DNA of 64,000 nt, taken from an uncultured delta proteobacterium. GTDB taxonomy: Bacteria > Desulfobacterota > Binatia > Binatales > Binataceae. Below the pieces are notes generated by a model. That model made no database searches, had not been told where the DNA came from, and saw only the letters and a list, made by a program, of their open reading frames with translations. The stretch lies in NCBI GenBank assembly GCA_963794325.1, contig CAWCDG010000004.1, positions 1,856,001 through 1,920,000 on the forward strand, in the 5' to 3' direction. Position 1 is the stretch's first letter, and every line of letters starts with the position of its first letter. Positions 28,987-39,970 of the stretch are shown in pieces. The position numbers and the translations under genes are program-made.

Positions 28987-29237
28987 CGCAAGTTTGATCA
29001 GAATGACACAAAAAGACGACGACACAAAAAGTGCGAGAGCAGGCTTTCGCAGAACTGTCACTATCCCGCGTGCAACAGTTTGTAGAAGACGTGCTACTAA
29101 AAGTAGTCGTAGCACGTCTCATTCCGAATGACTAAATCCGAAAAAACCACCGAAATCAAAAACGATTCTGCGCCATGTGAATTTCTTACTTTTGTCTGGC
29201 ACTGAGATTGCGATTCAAGGGGCTGAGGGAGGTACCC

Positions 29238-29786
29238 ATGAAATTACAAAACATCCGAACAACCACCGCCGCCGGGGCCCTCGTCATCGCCGCGCTGATA
29301 GGCGCGTCACCGGCCCATGCCCAATCGCAACCGGCCTCGGATAGCGGGGCCGTTCCAGTGGCGTACGCACCACCGGTGGCGAAAACGACGCTGCGGCAAA
29401 AGGTCAATACGCTAATCACCAAGCTCACTCCCGAGCGAATCAAGCGCGACATCGAATTCCGGAAGGCGTCCGCGCTGTTCCCGGACTTTTGCAAACATTG
29501 GGAGCAGGATTTGCACGAGCGTGAGACGAATAATCTGTCGAAATTGGAATTCGTTCCAAGAGAAGGTTTCGAGACCGCGACCTATACCGGCTATGGGAAG
29601 ATTACGGCCTGCGAATCACATCAATCCAGGGACGGCTACTCGATCGGAAAGGTTACCTACGAGGAATACACCTACTCCCTCTCCGGCAAGTCTGCGGACG
29701 AAGCCCGGCACGCGGCGCCGAAGGCGATCAACGACCTTCGCACCACGGAAATTTTCCGCTGGGACAAGGACAAGTGGTTCTACTAG
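29238..29786 (+). CDS. Secreted hypothetical protein
   Basis: GGGAGG RBS, signal peptide (AHA), two Cys, aromatic C-terminus. Confidence 0.7.
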   Translation: MKLQNIRTTTAAGALVIAALIGASPAHAQSQPASDSGAVPVAYAPPVAKTTLRQKVNTLITKLTPERIKRDIEFRKASALFPDFCKHWEQDLHERETNNLSKLEFVPREGFETATYTGYGKITACESHQSRDGYSIGKVTYEEYTYSLSGKSADEARHAAPKAINDLRTTEIFRWDKDKWFY

Positions 29787-29795
29787 GCCACCAAA

Positions 29796-30758
29796 TCAGT
29801 TCGCGGTTGGCGGAGGCGCCGATGATGGCGCCGGCGGAACGGGCGGTTCGTCGGGCGCCGTCGGAATTGCGGGACCCGCGGGCGCCGGCTGGTCGAGATC
29901 GCCGACGGGCCCGGCAGGTGCCGCCGCGCTAGTTGAGGCCGGCAGGAATGCCGACAGCCGCGTGACGCCGACGCGCGCCGTCAGGTTGCCCGGACTCGCG
30001 CCGAGCGCCTTCTGATATGCAGCGACCGCGTCCGCGGATTTGCCTACCTGCTCGAGGCACACACCCTCGAACGCGTAGGTCTCACCGAGCCACGCGGAAT
30101 TTGACGCGACGCCGATTTCCGCGCGTTTGAAAAACGTCAGCGCCTGCCCGTAGTCCTTGCGCGCGATGTACGCGCGGCCCAAATAAAAGTACGCGTACGA
30201 GTTGCTCGGATCGATCGAGATCGCATGCGCCAGCTCGCGAATCGCGTCGTCAACGTGCCCGCGGTCGAGCTCGATACGCTGCTGTTCGGTGATTCTCAAG
30301 GACGCGGCGCGCGCGGGAGTTGGCGCAGTATCGATCAGCGGCGCGAGCGACGAGTCGCTGATTTGCGGCGTGGTCGCGATCGATCCGACGTCTATCGCCG
30401 GCGCAACATCGGCGGGATTTACCGGTGACGCCTGTGCCGCAGGTTGCACCTGATTGGAGGCCGGCGATTGAGGCTCATCGGGCGCCGCCTTTCCGGGAGG
30501 CACCGAGACCCACTCGCCGGAATCAGAATTTGCATCGGGATTTGTATCGGCGCCGGGGGATGACACCGCGGCGGGACTCGTTACCGCAGCGGGACTAGCT
30601 CCAGCGGCGGGACTTGGCGCCGCGAGATCCTGCGCCGGAATCGATTCCTCGTGCAATTCCGCCAGGACTATTGGGCGTCCTGCCGCGAATGACACGCCCG
30701 CAGAAATCGGCAGCATCGAGAGAATTATTGCGACAGCAAATTGGCCCAATCGCATCAT
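29796..30758 (-). CDS. Periplasmic TPR protein with Pro/Ala-rich linkers
   Basis: Signal peptide, TPR helices; directly downstream of PBP1b. Confidence 0.75.
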   Translation of the reverse strand: MMRLGQFAVAIILSMLPISAGVSFAAGRPIVLAELHEESIPAQDLAAPSPAAGASPAAVTSPAAVSSPGADTNPDANSDSGEWVSVPPGKAAPDEPQSPASNQVQPAAQASPVNPADVAPAIDVGSIATTPQISDSSLAPLIDTAPTPARAASLRITEQQRIELDRGHVDDAIRELAHAISIDPSNSYAYFYLGRAYIARKDYGQALTFFKRAEIGVASNSAWLGETYAFEGVCLEQVGKSADAVAAYQKALGASPGNLTARVGVTRLSAFLPASTSAAAPAGPVGDLDQPAPAGPAIPTAPDEPPVPPAPSSAPPPTAN

Positions 30759-30766
30759 CGCGCACA

Positions 30767-33133
30767 CTAATCATTCGGATCAGCTACCGGATTTGGCTCC
30801 GCCGGCATCTTGTGATCCACGGCCGTCAACGACGTCGGTGAAGTATGATACGGGCAGTCTTGAGTTGGCGCCATCCCCTCCGGAAACACGCCCTCCATCG
30901 TGATCGGGCAATAGGGCGTCGCCAGGTAGCCGGTGGTCGGATCGATTTTTACCTCGACGATTCCCGGTGGAGCGGTGAAATCGAGCGCAGGACGCGACGC
31001 CGTCGCCGCCTTCATGAAAGCGGTCCAGGCCGGCAGTGATGCTTGCGCGCCGGTCAGCCCCAGCTCTTCTTTTTGATCGAATCCGGTCCAGACCACCGTC
31101 AGAAGATTCGGCGTGAAGCCCGCGAACCACGCATCCTTGGCGTCGTTGGTGGTGCCGGTCTTGCCGGCGGCCGGCCGCATGAATCCCATCGTGCGCGCGC
31201 CCGCGCCGGTGCCGTGATTGATCACGTTTTCGAGCATGAACTGCATCATGTAGGCGAGCTGGGGCGAGATGACCTGCTGCGCCGCAAGTTCGTGACCCTC
31301 GATCACCTTGTTGTTCTCGTCCACGACTGAGGTGACGGCGTAAGGCTGGATTTCCATTCCGTCGTTGGCAATCACCGCGTAGGCGCGCGCGACCTGCATC
31401 GGCGAGACTTCGATTCCGCCGAGCACGATCGATGGATACGCAGGCAAGTCGCCAAAGCCGAGCTTCGACGCCATCGCGCGGATTCGATCGAGTCCGACAC
31501 TGTTGGCCAGCCGCGCCGTCGCGGAGTTGAGCGACTCGCCGAGCGCGAACTCGAGCGTGACGTGCCCGAAGAATCGATCGCGATAGTTATTCGGTGTCCA
31601 GCTCATGTCGCCGTACTGCCAGGTGAACGGCGCGTCCTCGATATAGGTAGTCGGGAAAAACTTTTCCGCGCCTCCCGACAGAGTCTCGTCGAAGGCCGCA
31701 AGGTACGTCACCGGCTTGAAGACCGAACCGGGCTGACGTTTGGACTGAGTAACGCGATTGAACTGGCTCGCGCGGTAATCGCGTCCACCGGCCATCGCGC
31801 GGATCTTGCCGCTCTGCGGCTCGAGCGAGACCAGGCAGGACTCGAGGCGCTGATTCGCCTCGCGCCGGACCAGCTTGGGATGCTTGGCTTCGAGGTCACT
31901 GAGATTGTGTGCGATCGAGGCCTCGGCGAGCTTCTCCAGGTGCACATCGAGCGAGGTGAAGATGCGCAAACCCTCGCCGTTCAGCACCTGCGCGGGATAT
32001 CGCTCGGCGAGTTCCTTCTTGACGTAGTCGACGAAGTAGGGCGCGTCGTTGCCCTCGGCATAAACTTCGCGCGCATGCAGCGGCTCGCTGACCGCGGCGT
32101 CGTAAGCGGTCTTGTCGATGTACCCGTCCTCGAGCATCGAGGCGAGCACCTCGTCGCGTCGCGGACGCGCGGCGTCAGGATGGTGCAAAGGGTTCAGTCG
32201 ATTCGGCGAGCTAATCAGTCCCGCGATAGTAGCCATTTCGCCAATAGTCAGATCGCGCGGCTCTTTCGAGAAGTAGTACTCACTTGCTTCCCAGACGCCG
32301 TATATACCTTCCTGCCCGCGCTGCCCCAGGTATATATCGTTAATATAGTTCTCGAGGATTTCGTCCTTCGAGTAATCGCGCTCCGCGATGTACGCCATCA
32401 TCGCTTCCTTGAGCTTGCGCTTGTAGCTTCGCTCGCGCGTCAGGAAAAAGTTCTTCATCAACTGTTGCGTAAGCGTCGACCCGCCTTGGCGAACGTGTCC
32501 CGAAGTAAAATCGATGTATGCCGCCTTGATGGTGCGCACGATGTCGACGCCGTGATGCTCGTAGAAGCGATGATCCTCGGCGGCGAGGATCGCGTTGATC
32601 ATCGTTGGCGGAATCTGGCCGAGCCGCACCAGCCTGCGCTGCTCCCATTCGCCCTCGAAGATGCCGCTGATGAGTTCGGGCTCGAGCTCGATAGAGAAGA
32701 TCGGTTTATGCGTCACCGGATCGCTCATCGACTCGATCGTATCTCCCTTCAGAGTCAGCGTGACGAATTCGCCGCCGAAGTTGTCGTACGGATACGCGAA
32801 GCTATGCAGAAAAATGTCGAGCTTGCCGTGCTTGCGGTCGAAACTGTACTCGCCGCGCGAGCTGACCTTGCCGGGATCGACCGGATGGTAATTGAGGCGC
32901 GCGAGCCGCTCGAAGAAGCCAAGGTCGTCCAGATTCTGGCCGGGGTAAATCAGGATCGAGTCTGAAAAAATGCGCGACGGGATGTTCCATCGCTTGCCTG
33001 AGAAGCGCGCGACGACTTCATTTTCGAGCTGATGGTAGTAGCTGAAGAACAGCCACAGGGTCGGAGGCACCGCGAACAAAATGATTGCGCCCACGCCGAT
33101 CAGCGCGAATTTCAGAACTCTTTTCAGGGACAT
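30767..33133 (-). CDS. mrcB: Penicillin-binding protein 1B (class A, with UB2H-like domain)
   Basis: EDHRFYEHHG, GGSTLTQQL, GSVFK, SLN, KTG. Confidence 0.9.
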   Translation of the reverse strand: MSLKRVLKFALIGVGAIILFAVPPTLWLFFSYYHQLENEVVARFSGKRWNIPSRIFSDSILIYPGQNLDDLGFFERLARLNYHPVDPGKVSSRGEYSFDRKHGKLDIFLHSFAYPYDNFGGEFVTLTLKGDTIESMSDPVTHKPIFSIELEPELISGIFEGEWEQRRLVRLGQIPPTMINAILAAEDHRFYEHHGVDIVRTIKAAYIDFTSGHVRQGGSTLTQQLMKNFFLTRERSYKRKLKEAMMAYIAERDYSKDEILENYINDIYLGQRGQEGIYGVWEASEYYFSKEPRDLTIGEMATIAGLISSPNRLNPLHHPDAARPRRDEVLASMLEDGYIDKTAYDAAVSEPLHAREVYAEGNDAPYFVDYVKKELAERYPAQVLNGEGLRIFTSLDVHLEKLAEASIAHNLSDLEAKHPKLVRREANQRLESCLVSLEPQSGKIRAMAGGRDYRASQFNRVTQSKRQPGSVFKPVTYLAAFDETLSGGAEKFFPTTYIEDAPFTWQYGDMSWTPNNYRDRFFGHVTLEFALGESLNSATARLANSVGLDRIRAMASKLGFGDLPAYPSIVLGGIEVSPMQVARAYAVIANDGMEIQPYAVTSVVDENNKVIEGHELAAQQVISPQLAYMMQFMLENVINHGTGAGARTMGFMRPAAGKTGTTNDAKDAWFAGFTPNLLTVVWTGFDQKEELGLTGAQASLPAWTAFMKAATASRPALDFTAPPGIVEVKIDPTTGYLATPYCPITMEGVFPEGMAPTQDCPYHTSPTSLTAVDHKMPAEPNPVADPND

Positions 33134-33149
33134 CGGAACCGTCCCCGGC

Positions 33150-34653
33150 TCAGGCCTCCGGCTTGACAGTCACGTAGATCGTATTGTCGCCGCGCCTGAC
33201 CAGCAGCAGGACGATTTTGCCTTTGGCGGTCGTCTTCAGCGCAGCCTGATACGCATCAACGTCCTTGACCGCCGCGCGATTCACTTCGAGGATCACGTCG
33301 CGCGCGCGGAGCCCCGCCTCGTCGGCGCGGCTGCCGGGCTGGACCGACGAAATCACAACCCCGCCGGGCGCATCGAGCCCGAGTTCTTTGGCGAGATCGG
33401 GGCTGAGGTCTTTAACGTGCAGGCCGAACGGAGAGACGGCGCCGAGGTCGGGCTTCTCGGTCTTTTGTTCTGATGCAAGTATTTCGGGCTCACGCGACTG
33501 GGTAATCGTGACCGGCAAGATCAATCGTCTGCTTGTCGCGAATCACCTTGAGCGTCCCTTTATGCCCAAGGTCGGTGCGCCCAACCAGCAGCGGCAATTC
33601 GCGCGAGTCGGAGACCTGCTGATTGTCGAACGCGACAATCACGTCGCCGCGTTTGACGCCCGCCAATTTCGCGGGCCCGTTGTCGAGCACCTTAGCGACC
33701 AGCGCGCCGCGCGAGTCCTCGAGTCCAAGCGACTCGGCCAGCTCCGGCGTCACTTTCTGGATATATACGCCGAGCCATCCGCGCACGACTTTGCCCGAGG
33801 CCTTCAGTTGCGGCAGCTCTTCCTTGACCAGGTCAATTGGAACCGCGAAACCGATTCCCATGCTGGCGCCGGTGTGCGTGTAGATCGCGCAATTGACGCC
33901 GATCACGTTGCCGCGCAGATCGATTAGCGGGCCGCCCGAGTTGCCGGGATTTATCGACGCGTCGGTCTGGATGAAATCCTCGTAGTTGCCCGGAATGAAA
34001 CGTCCCTTGGCGCTGACGATTCCCGCCGTCACCGAATGATCGAAGCCGAACGGATTCCCAATCGCCATCACCCATTCGCCGACTCGCAAGTCTCCCGAGT
34101 TGCCGAGCGGCGCGACCGCCAGGTCATGCTTCGCATCGATCTTCAGCAGCGCGATGTCGCTCTTCTCGTCATGCCCGACAATCTTCGCGATGTAGTTGCG
34201 GCCGTCCTGCGTGGTCACCGTGACTTTGCCCGGACTGTCGACCACGTGCTCGTTGGTCAGGATGTAGCCGTCCTTGGTGATGATGAAGCCGCTGCCCAGC
34301 GCCTTGGCGTGCGGCGCGCCGCCGAACTCCTCCAACGGTCCCCCCGAGTGCGGCTGGAGCGGACTGTGCGGCGACTCTTCGGGCGATTCTTCGCTGGCGG
34401 CCGGCTCGTCGGCCTCGTCGGTCGAGATATTGACGACGGCGGGACTGAGCTTGGCGGCCAGGTCGACGAAGTCGGGCATCGTCTGCGCTTTCGGCGCGTG
34501 CGCGGGATCGGCAATCTCGGTCCAGAAGTGCGCGGGCGTCGGCGGTGCGGAATCCGCCGCGCGCGCCTGCATTCGAGAGCTAATCAGAGTGAGGGTCGCC
34601 GCAAAGATCGCGACGCCCGTGAAGGCGATGGGTCGAAACAACTGATTCGTCAT
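33150..34653 (-). pseudogene. degP: DegP/DegQ serine protease (two PDZ) with a +1 frameshift near 33518 (probably a sequencing error)
   Basis: TNEHV, DIAL, GNSGG; second PDZ continues in the next frame (LPVTITQSRE...). Confidence 0.85.
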
Positions 34654-34677
34654 GTGTGATTAAACGAAGACGGCCGC

Positions 34678-35157
34678 TCAACGGTTCGGCTGTCTCGCCA
34701 GTTCAACGTACTTCATTTGCAGAGTGGAAAGAATCTCTTTGAGCATCGCTTGTTCGTGGGGGTCGAGGTTCCCGCGCGTCTTGTCGCGCAGCATCGCGAT
34801 TATATCGATCATCTGCTGCGCCACGACGAGGTCGCGAGAAACCTGGCCGCTCGACGGGTCCGGCACTTCGCCCAGCGCCGCCAATGCCTGCTCGGACAGG
34901 CTCCATAGAAATGCGGCGAAGGTCAGCTCGACTGGCGGCTCGCTGGATTGGCGGCTCGGAGCGGATGGCTGCGATTGCTGCGACGACGTCTGCGCCGGCC
35001 CGGACGCGGCCGGCCCGGATTTCAGATCGATCGACTCGCTGCTCGCCGGCGGCGCTTCGGCGCCTTCCTTGGTCTCGCCCTCCGAGGAAAATCGCCGGCG
35101 ATCCTGAACCTTGAATCCGCGCTTATCTTCGTGTTCTTCCATCGAGGTCACCGTCAC
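34678..35157 (-). CDS. DUF1844 family protein
   Basis: IDIIAMLRDKTRGNL motif. Confidence 0.85.
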   Translation of the reverse strand: MTVTSMEEHEDKRGFKVQDRRRFSSEGETKEGAEAPPASSESIDLKSGPAASGPAQTSSQQSQPSAPSRQSSEPPVELTFAAFLWSLSEQALAALGEVPDPSSGQVSRDLVVAQQMIDIIAMLRDKTRGNLDPHEQAMLKEILSTLQMKYVELARQPNR

Positions 35158-36011
35158 CCTTGCGCGACCTGTCCCGACGCCATCTGCTCGAGCCGATGGA
35201 TTCGCTCCTCGATCGGCGGATGGGTCGAGAACAGCCGCGAAATTCCCGCCGCGCTCAGCGGATTCACGATGAACATATGAGCCGTCGCGGGGCTGGCATC
35301 CAGCGGCATCCGCTCGTTGGCGGCCTCGAGCTTGCGGAGCGCGCTGGCCAGATACAGCGGATTGTGCGTGAGCTTGGCGCCGCTCGCATCAGCCTGGTAC
35401 TCGCGCGTGCGCGAAATCGCGAGCTGGATGAGAGTCGCGGCAATCGGTGCGAGGATGCCGGCGACCAGCAATCCCGCGATGCCGTGATCCTCGTCGTCGC
35501 GGCTACCGAGTCCGAAAATCGCGCCAAATCGAATCATCGAGCCGATCATCATCACGGCGCCGGCGAGCGTCGCGGCGATCGAGCTGGTCAAAATATCGTG
35601 ATTGGTCACGTGCGAGAGTTCATGGCCGATGACGCCCTTCAATTCCTCGCGCGTGCAGATTCGCATGATGCCGCGGGTCACGGCGACGGCGGCATGATGC
35701 ACGTTGCGGCCGGTCGCGAACGCGTTAGGTGTGTCGGAATCGATGAGGTAGAGCCGCGGCATCGGGATTCCCGCGGAATGCGCCAGCTCGTTTACGATCG
35801 AGTAGAGCTCGGGCGCCGACGACGCGTCGAGTTCCTTCGCGCCGTACGCCTTGAGCACGATCTTGTCGGAGAACCAGTAGCTGAAGAAGTTCATCACTGC
35901 GGCGATGAAGAAAAAGATCACGACGCCGTGCCGGCCTCCGAGCAGGCCGCCTATCAGCATCAACAACCCCGTCATCAGCCCCAGCAGCATCGTCGTCTTG
36001 AAGAAGCTCAT
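35154..36011 (-). CDS. htpX: Zinc metalloprotease HtpX
   Basis: PNAFATG, HELSH, SRTREY.AD, STHPP. Confidence 0.95.
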   Translation of the reverse strand: MSFFKTTMLLGLMTGLLMLIGGLLGGRHGVVIFFFIAAVMNFFSYWFSDKIVLKAYGAKELDASSAPELYSIVNELAHSAGIPMPRLYLIDSDTPNAFATGRNVHHAAVAVTRGIMRICTREELKGVIGHELSHVTNHDILTSSIAATLAGAVMMIGSMIRFGAIFGLGSRDDEDHGIAGLLVAGILAPIAATLIQLAISRTREYQADASGAKLTHNPLYLASALRKLEAANERMPLDASPATAHMFIVNPLSAAGISRLFSTHPPIEERIHRLEQMASGQVAQG

Positions 36012-36024
36012 GGGCGACAGTCTA

Positions 36025-36970
36025 TTATCTTTGAGGCTGCTCCACAAATTTCGAGAGAGCGCCGGCGACCTCGCGAACCTCGACTGAATCGATGGGCTCA
36101 CGCCTGAGGATGTCGATGCGTCCAGACCCCCGCGGACCCCATCGCGCAGGATCAGTCGGCCCGAAAATCACAACGCCCGACGCACCGACTGCCGCCGCAA
36201 GATGCGACACGCCCGAATCGTTGCCGACGAAAATTGAGGCCAGCCGCGCGATAGCCGCGACGGTCGGCAGATCGAGATCGCGCAAGACGGGAACGCGAGC
36301 ATCGCGAAAGACAGGCTCAATCGAAGTCTCAGCCGGCCCAAGAACGACAACGATGCTCGCTCGTTTCGATAACGAGGATGCGAGCGCTGCGAACCTATCC
36401 GCCGGCCAGTTCTTGGCGGGACTGCCACTGCCGGGAAAGATCACAATCAGATTCGAGCGGTCGCATTTGGATTTCGCCAGCACGCGCGAAGCCGCCGCGA
36501 GATCATCGGGCGTCGGCTCAAGGCGCGTATCGATTGGTCGAAGCGGCCTCGCCGATAGCGCGCAGATAGCCCGCCGATACATGGCCGCCGCCATCGGGGC
36601 GGAACGGATGGAACGACACGTCGGCGTCGGTCGCCTCTGCCAGGCGCGCGCGAAAGCGCGGATCGTCAGAGGCAAAGAATGAATAGATCCGATCGAACTC
36701 GGCGAATAAACGTCGAGCACCGCCCGACGTTCCAGCAGCGAACAACTCCCCGACCTCGCGCGTATCGATCGAATGCGCGCGCGCAACGACGCTGCGCCCC
36801 GCCACAAGCTGCGCCAGCTCGAGCCGCGCCATCAGCTCGACCGACGCGCCCGGATGCCGCCGCGAAATCGCGGCAAGCGCCGGCATCAGGCACATCAGAT
36901 CGCCAAGCGCGCCGGGAAAGATGACCAGCACGCGATTGATGGAACGCGCACTGCGCGGGGCAGGTCTCAT
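36025..36970 (-). pseudogene. GT9 heptosyltransferase-like glycosyltransferase with a +1 frameshift near 36536
   Basis: PGALGD N-terminus in one frame; PGSGS..KNWP, GNDSGVSHLAA, FGPTDP in the next. Confidence 0.8.
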
Positions 36971-36987
36971 GTAGGACAGCCTACCAT

Positions 36988-37163
36988 TTGAATGTGAAAC
37001 CCGCCGTGGGTTTGCAGGGGTGACCCCTGTACCCAGTGAGAAGCGCAAAATGGCGAGGACGCCCTTTTGCTCTCAGGGTCCTGATTTTGGTGGCAAAGGC
37101 TTTAGCCTGTGATTTTTTGGTCAATATATCCACGAAAGAATCACAGGCTAAAGCCTGTGCCAC
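36988..37163 (+). repeat. Composite repeat (copy 2) ending in an inverted GTGGCA.AGGCTTTAGCCTGTG REP doublet
   Basis: Near-identical to 46598-46785. Confidence 0.85.
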
Positions 37164-37276
37164 TCGGATGCCGGTAACATCGAGTTGATCGGCACCGACC
37201 GATCGTCGCATTTAATTGATGCGATTTCCGGGATTTCAGATCTCGCAAGTACCTGATTTTGTTTGCTATTTCGGCG

Positions 37277-37300
37277 AAAACGTTTCACGTGAAACGTTTT
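37277..37300. promoter_or_regulatory. parS: parS centromere-like site
   Basis: Perfect 24-bp palindrome AAAACGTTTCACGTGAAACGTTTT containing the GTTTCACGTGAAAC consensus. Confidence 0.8.
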
Positions 37301-37390
37301 TGGCAATAAAAGTTCAGGAGAACAAAACACGAATCGTTTTCCGGCTTGGCGTTGATAGCGAAACCGAGCAGACTCCGAGTTTTTCTTAAT

Positions 37391-37960
37391 CTTCCCCTCT
37401 CCCGACGGGAGAAGATTGAAGAGCCTGCCCTGAGCCCTGCCGAAGGGAGAGGGACCTTGTGCAGCGCGCATTCGTCGCGCGCGATTCAAGATTCTGCGTC
37501 TGTATTCTTTGCGCGCCCGCTTCTCATCTTTGTGTCATCCCGACCCCTTCGACTGCGCTCGGGGCAGGCTCTTCATCCCCTCCCTCGCAGGAGACCTTTG
37601 CATAACCGCGCGCCGGTGGCGCGAAGCGAGACGCGCTGCGCGCGAGATCTTTCGCTGCGCTCAGGATGACACAAACAACAGGACGACTTCTTGTGTCATT
37701 CTGAGCGAAAGCTGCTGTAGCGAAGAATCTCGACGGACGCTCCTGCGGCTTGCGTTATTTACGCAAAGCTCCCTTCGCAGGGAGAGGGGAAGAAGGAGCC
37801 GGGATTCTTTCTCTTTCGGCTGCGTTCAGGGCTTCGGCGGGTGGATGCGGAGCATCCAGGTGCGCTCTGAATGACACAAGGAAGTTGAGCGGGCGGGCGT
37901 CGTGGATGAGCCTGAGAACCTAACCCCTAACCCCTTCCCGAGCGGGAAGGGGGACCGGAT
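37391..37960. repeat. Cluster of nested REP-like palindromes from several families
   Basis: Inverted pair 37417-37447/37545-37574; TGTCAT(C/T)CTGAGCG-type copies; CCCTAACCCCTTCCC...GGGAAGGGG. Confidence 0.7.
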
Positions 37961-38023
37961 AAACAAAGAGAGTCCGCTTCGCTACATTCCAACCATCGGC
38001 GGTTTCTGGATAGAATCGGGGGC

Positions 38024-38959
38024 ATGCCGGTTAGTGTTGCGCAATCGCCGCTTGAGTTGATTGGGAATACTCCTGTTGTTCGGCTTAATCGGATTCCGGG
38101 GAAAGATGATGCCGAGATTTGGGCCAAGCTCGAGAATTTCAATCCCGGGGGGAGTGTTAAAGATCGGATTTGTCTTGCGATGATCGAGGCGGCTGAGAAG
38201 TCCGGCAAGCTGAAACCCGGCGACACGATTGTCGAGCCTACCTCGGGGAATACCGGGATTGGGCTGGCGCTGGTGGCTGCGGTTAAGGGTTACAAGCTTA
38301 TCCTGACGATGCCCGATACTATGAGCGAGGAGCGGCGGTCGCTGCTGGTTGCTTACGGGGCGAAGCTGGTGCTGACGCCGGATACACGCGGGATGCATGG
38401 CGCGATCGCGAAGGCCGAGGAACTATGCCGCGAGAATCCCGGCTACTTTATGCCGCAGCAGTTCAGCAATAGCGCGAATCCCGATATCCATTATCGATGC
38501 ACCGGGCCGGAGCTGCTCCAGCAATTCAAGCGTATCGACGCATTCGTGGCCGGCGTCGGGACCGGCGGGACAATCACGGGCGCGGGGCATTATTTGCGAG
38601 AGCATCTCGATAACAAGGTGCTGATCGTCGCGGTCGAGCCGAAGAACTCGCCCGTGCTGTCGGGCGGCGAGCCGGGGTTCCATAAGATACAGGGGATTGG
38701 CGCGGGGTTCGTGCCGACCAATCTCGACACCAAAGTTTATGATGAGATAATTCCGGTCAGCGACGAGGATGCGACGCTGTTCTCGCGGCGGCTCGCGCGC
38801 GAGGAAGGGCTGCTGGTCGGGATTTCGTCGGGGGCGCATTGCTGCGCGGCGTTGCAGGTGGCGCGGAGGCTCGGGAAGGGCAATGTCGTGGTGGTGGTTT
38901 TTTGCGATACCGGGGAGCGGTATTTGACGACGGATCTTTTTCAGGCTGAGGGTATTTAG
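38024..38959 (+). CDS. cysK: Cysteine synthase A
   Basis: [31 protein letters not shown]. Confidence 0.95.
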   Translation: MPVSVAQSPLELIGNTPVVRLNRIPGKDDAEIWAKLENFNPGGSVKDRICLAMIEAAEKSGKLKPGDTIVEPTSGNTGIGLALVAAVKGYKLILTMPDTMSEERRSLLVAYGAKLVLTPDTRGMHGAIAKAEELCRENPGYFMPQQFSNSANPDIHYRCTGPELLQQFKRIDAFVAGVGTGGTITGAGHYLREHLDNKVLIVAVEPKNSPVLSGGEPGFHKIQGIGAGFVPTNLDTKVYDEIIPVSDEDATLFSRRLAREEGLLVGISSGAHCCAALQVARRLGKGNVVVVVFCDTGERYLTTDLFQAEGI

Positions 38960-39016
38960 CTGTGGAGGGCAGGGAGAGCTCGGCCAAAAGACTTAAGTGT
39001 TGTGCGTCGGCAAGCA

Positions 39017-39079
39017 TTGCACCTCTCCTGCAGCGCTCCTTCGGCGCGCTGCGACCTCCCCTCGGACAAGGGGAGGTTA
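39017..39079. repeat. Solo copy of the ACCTCCCC-N8-GGGGAGGT repeat
   Basis: Matches the arms of 41758-41996. Confidence 0.75.
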
Positions 39080-39120
39080 TTCGAGCGAGCAACCGCCAGT
39101 TATGCAGAGGTTTGAGGTAG

Positions 39121-39966
39121 GTGAATACATCCGAAGCTCTTAACGCGAAACTCGAGCGGATGCGGGCGGGTTTTGCGCCGGGGCGCAGTGTTATCGTTGC
39201 GTTTTCGGGTGGGGTTGATTCTACCTTTGTTTTGAAAGTTGCGTTTGAGATCCTGAGGGATTCGGTGATTGCGTTGACTACCACTTCGCCGACGATGCCT
39301 GATGAGGATCGGGAGTCGGCGCTTTCGATGGCGCGGCTGATAGGGGCTCGCCACTTAGTCGTCGAGTCCAATGAGCTCGAGATTCCCGGGTACGCGGCGA
39401 ATCCGATCAATCGATGCTACCTGTGCAAGCACAATCTGTTCACGGTTTGCGAGGCGAAGGCGGCCGAGCTGGGTATCGACGAGATTGTCGATGGGCTCAA
39501 TCTCGACGACCTGCATGATTATCGGCCCGGGATGCAGGCGGCCAGCGAGAAGCGCGTGCGGCATCCGCTGGTCGAGGCTGAGATGACCAAGGCTGACGTG
39601 CGTGAGTTGTCGCGCGCGATGGGATTGCCGACGTGGGATCGGGCCGCGTCGCCATGCCTGTCGTCGCGCTTTCCGTATGGGACCGAGATAACGCCGGACG
39701 GGCTCAGGAAAGTTGCGGCCGGCGAGAAGCTGCTCCATTCGATGGGGTTTGCGATTGCGCGCGTGCGGTACCATGGCGAGGTCGCGCGGCTCGAGCTGGA
39801 GCAAAGTGAGATCGCGCGGGTGTTCGAGCCTGCGACGCGCGAGACTATCGATCGCGAATTCAGAAAGATCGGGTTTCGGTTCGTGGCGATCGATCTGAAG
39901 GGCTTCCGATCGGGATCGCTCAACGAAGGCCTGATTGCGAATAATCCGTTGCGCAATCAAGCCTGA
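39121..39966 (+). CDS. larE: ATP-dependent sulfur transferase LarE
   Basis: AFSGGVDS, RCYLCK, DYRPG, SPCLSSRFPYG, GFRSGS. Confidence 0.92.
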   Translation: MNTSEALNAKLERMRAGFAPGRSVIVAFSGGVDSTFVLKVAFEILRDSVIALTTTSPTMPDEDRESALSMARLIGARHLVVESNELEIPGYAANPINRCYLCKHNLFTVCEAKAAELGIDEIVDGLNLDDLHDYRPGMQAASEKRVRHPLVEAEMTKADVRELSRAMGLPTWDRAASPCLSSRFPYGTEITPDGLRKVAAGEKLLHSMGFAIARVRYHGEVARLELEQSEIARVFEPATRETIDREFRKIGFRFVAIDLKGFRSGSLNEGLIANNPLRNQA

Positions 39967-39970
39967 GCTT

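Noticed and set aside
33500-33530. Programmed frameshifting in degP or the other split genes
   Set aside because: No slippery sequence or stimulatory structure, and the same +1 pattern occurs in four unrelated genes
37148-37874. Short ORFs in the GT9-cysK spacer
   Set aside because: Translations of palindromic repeats, with no RBS or protein-like composition
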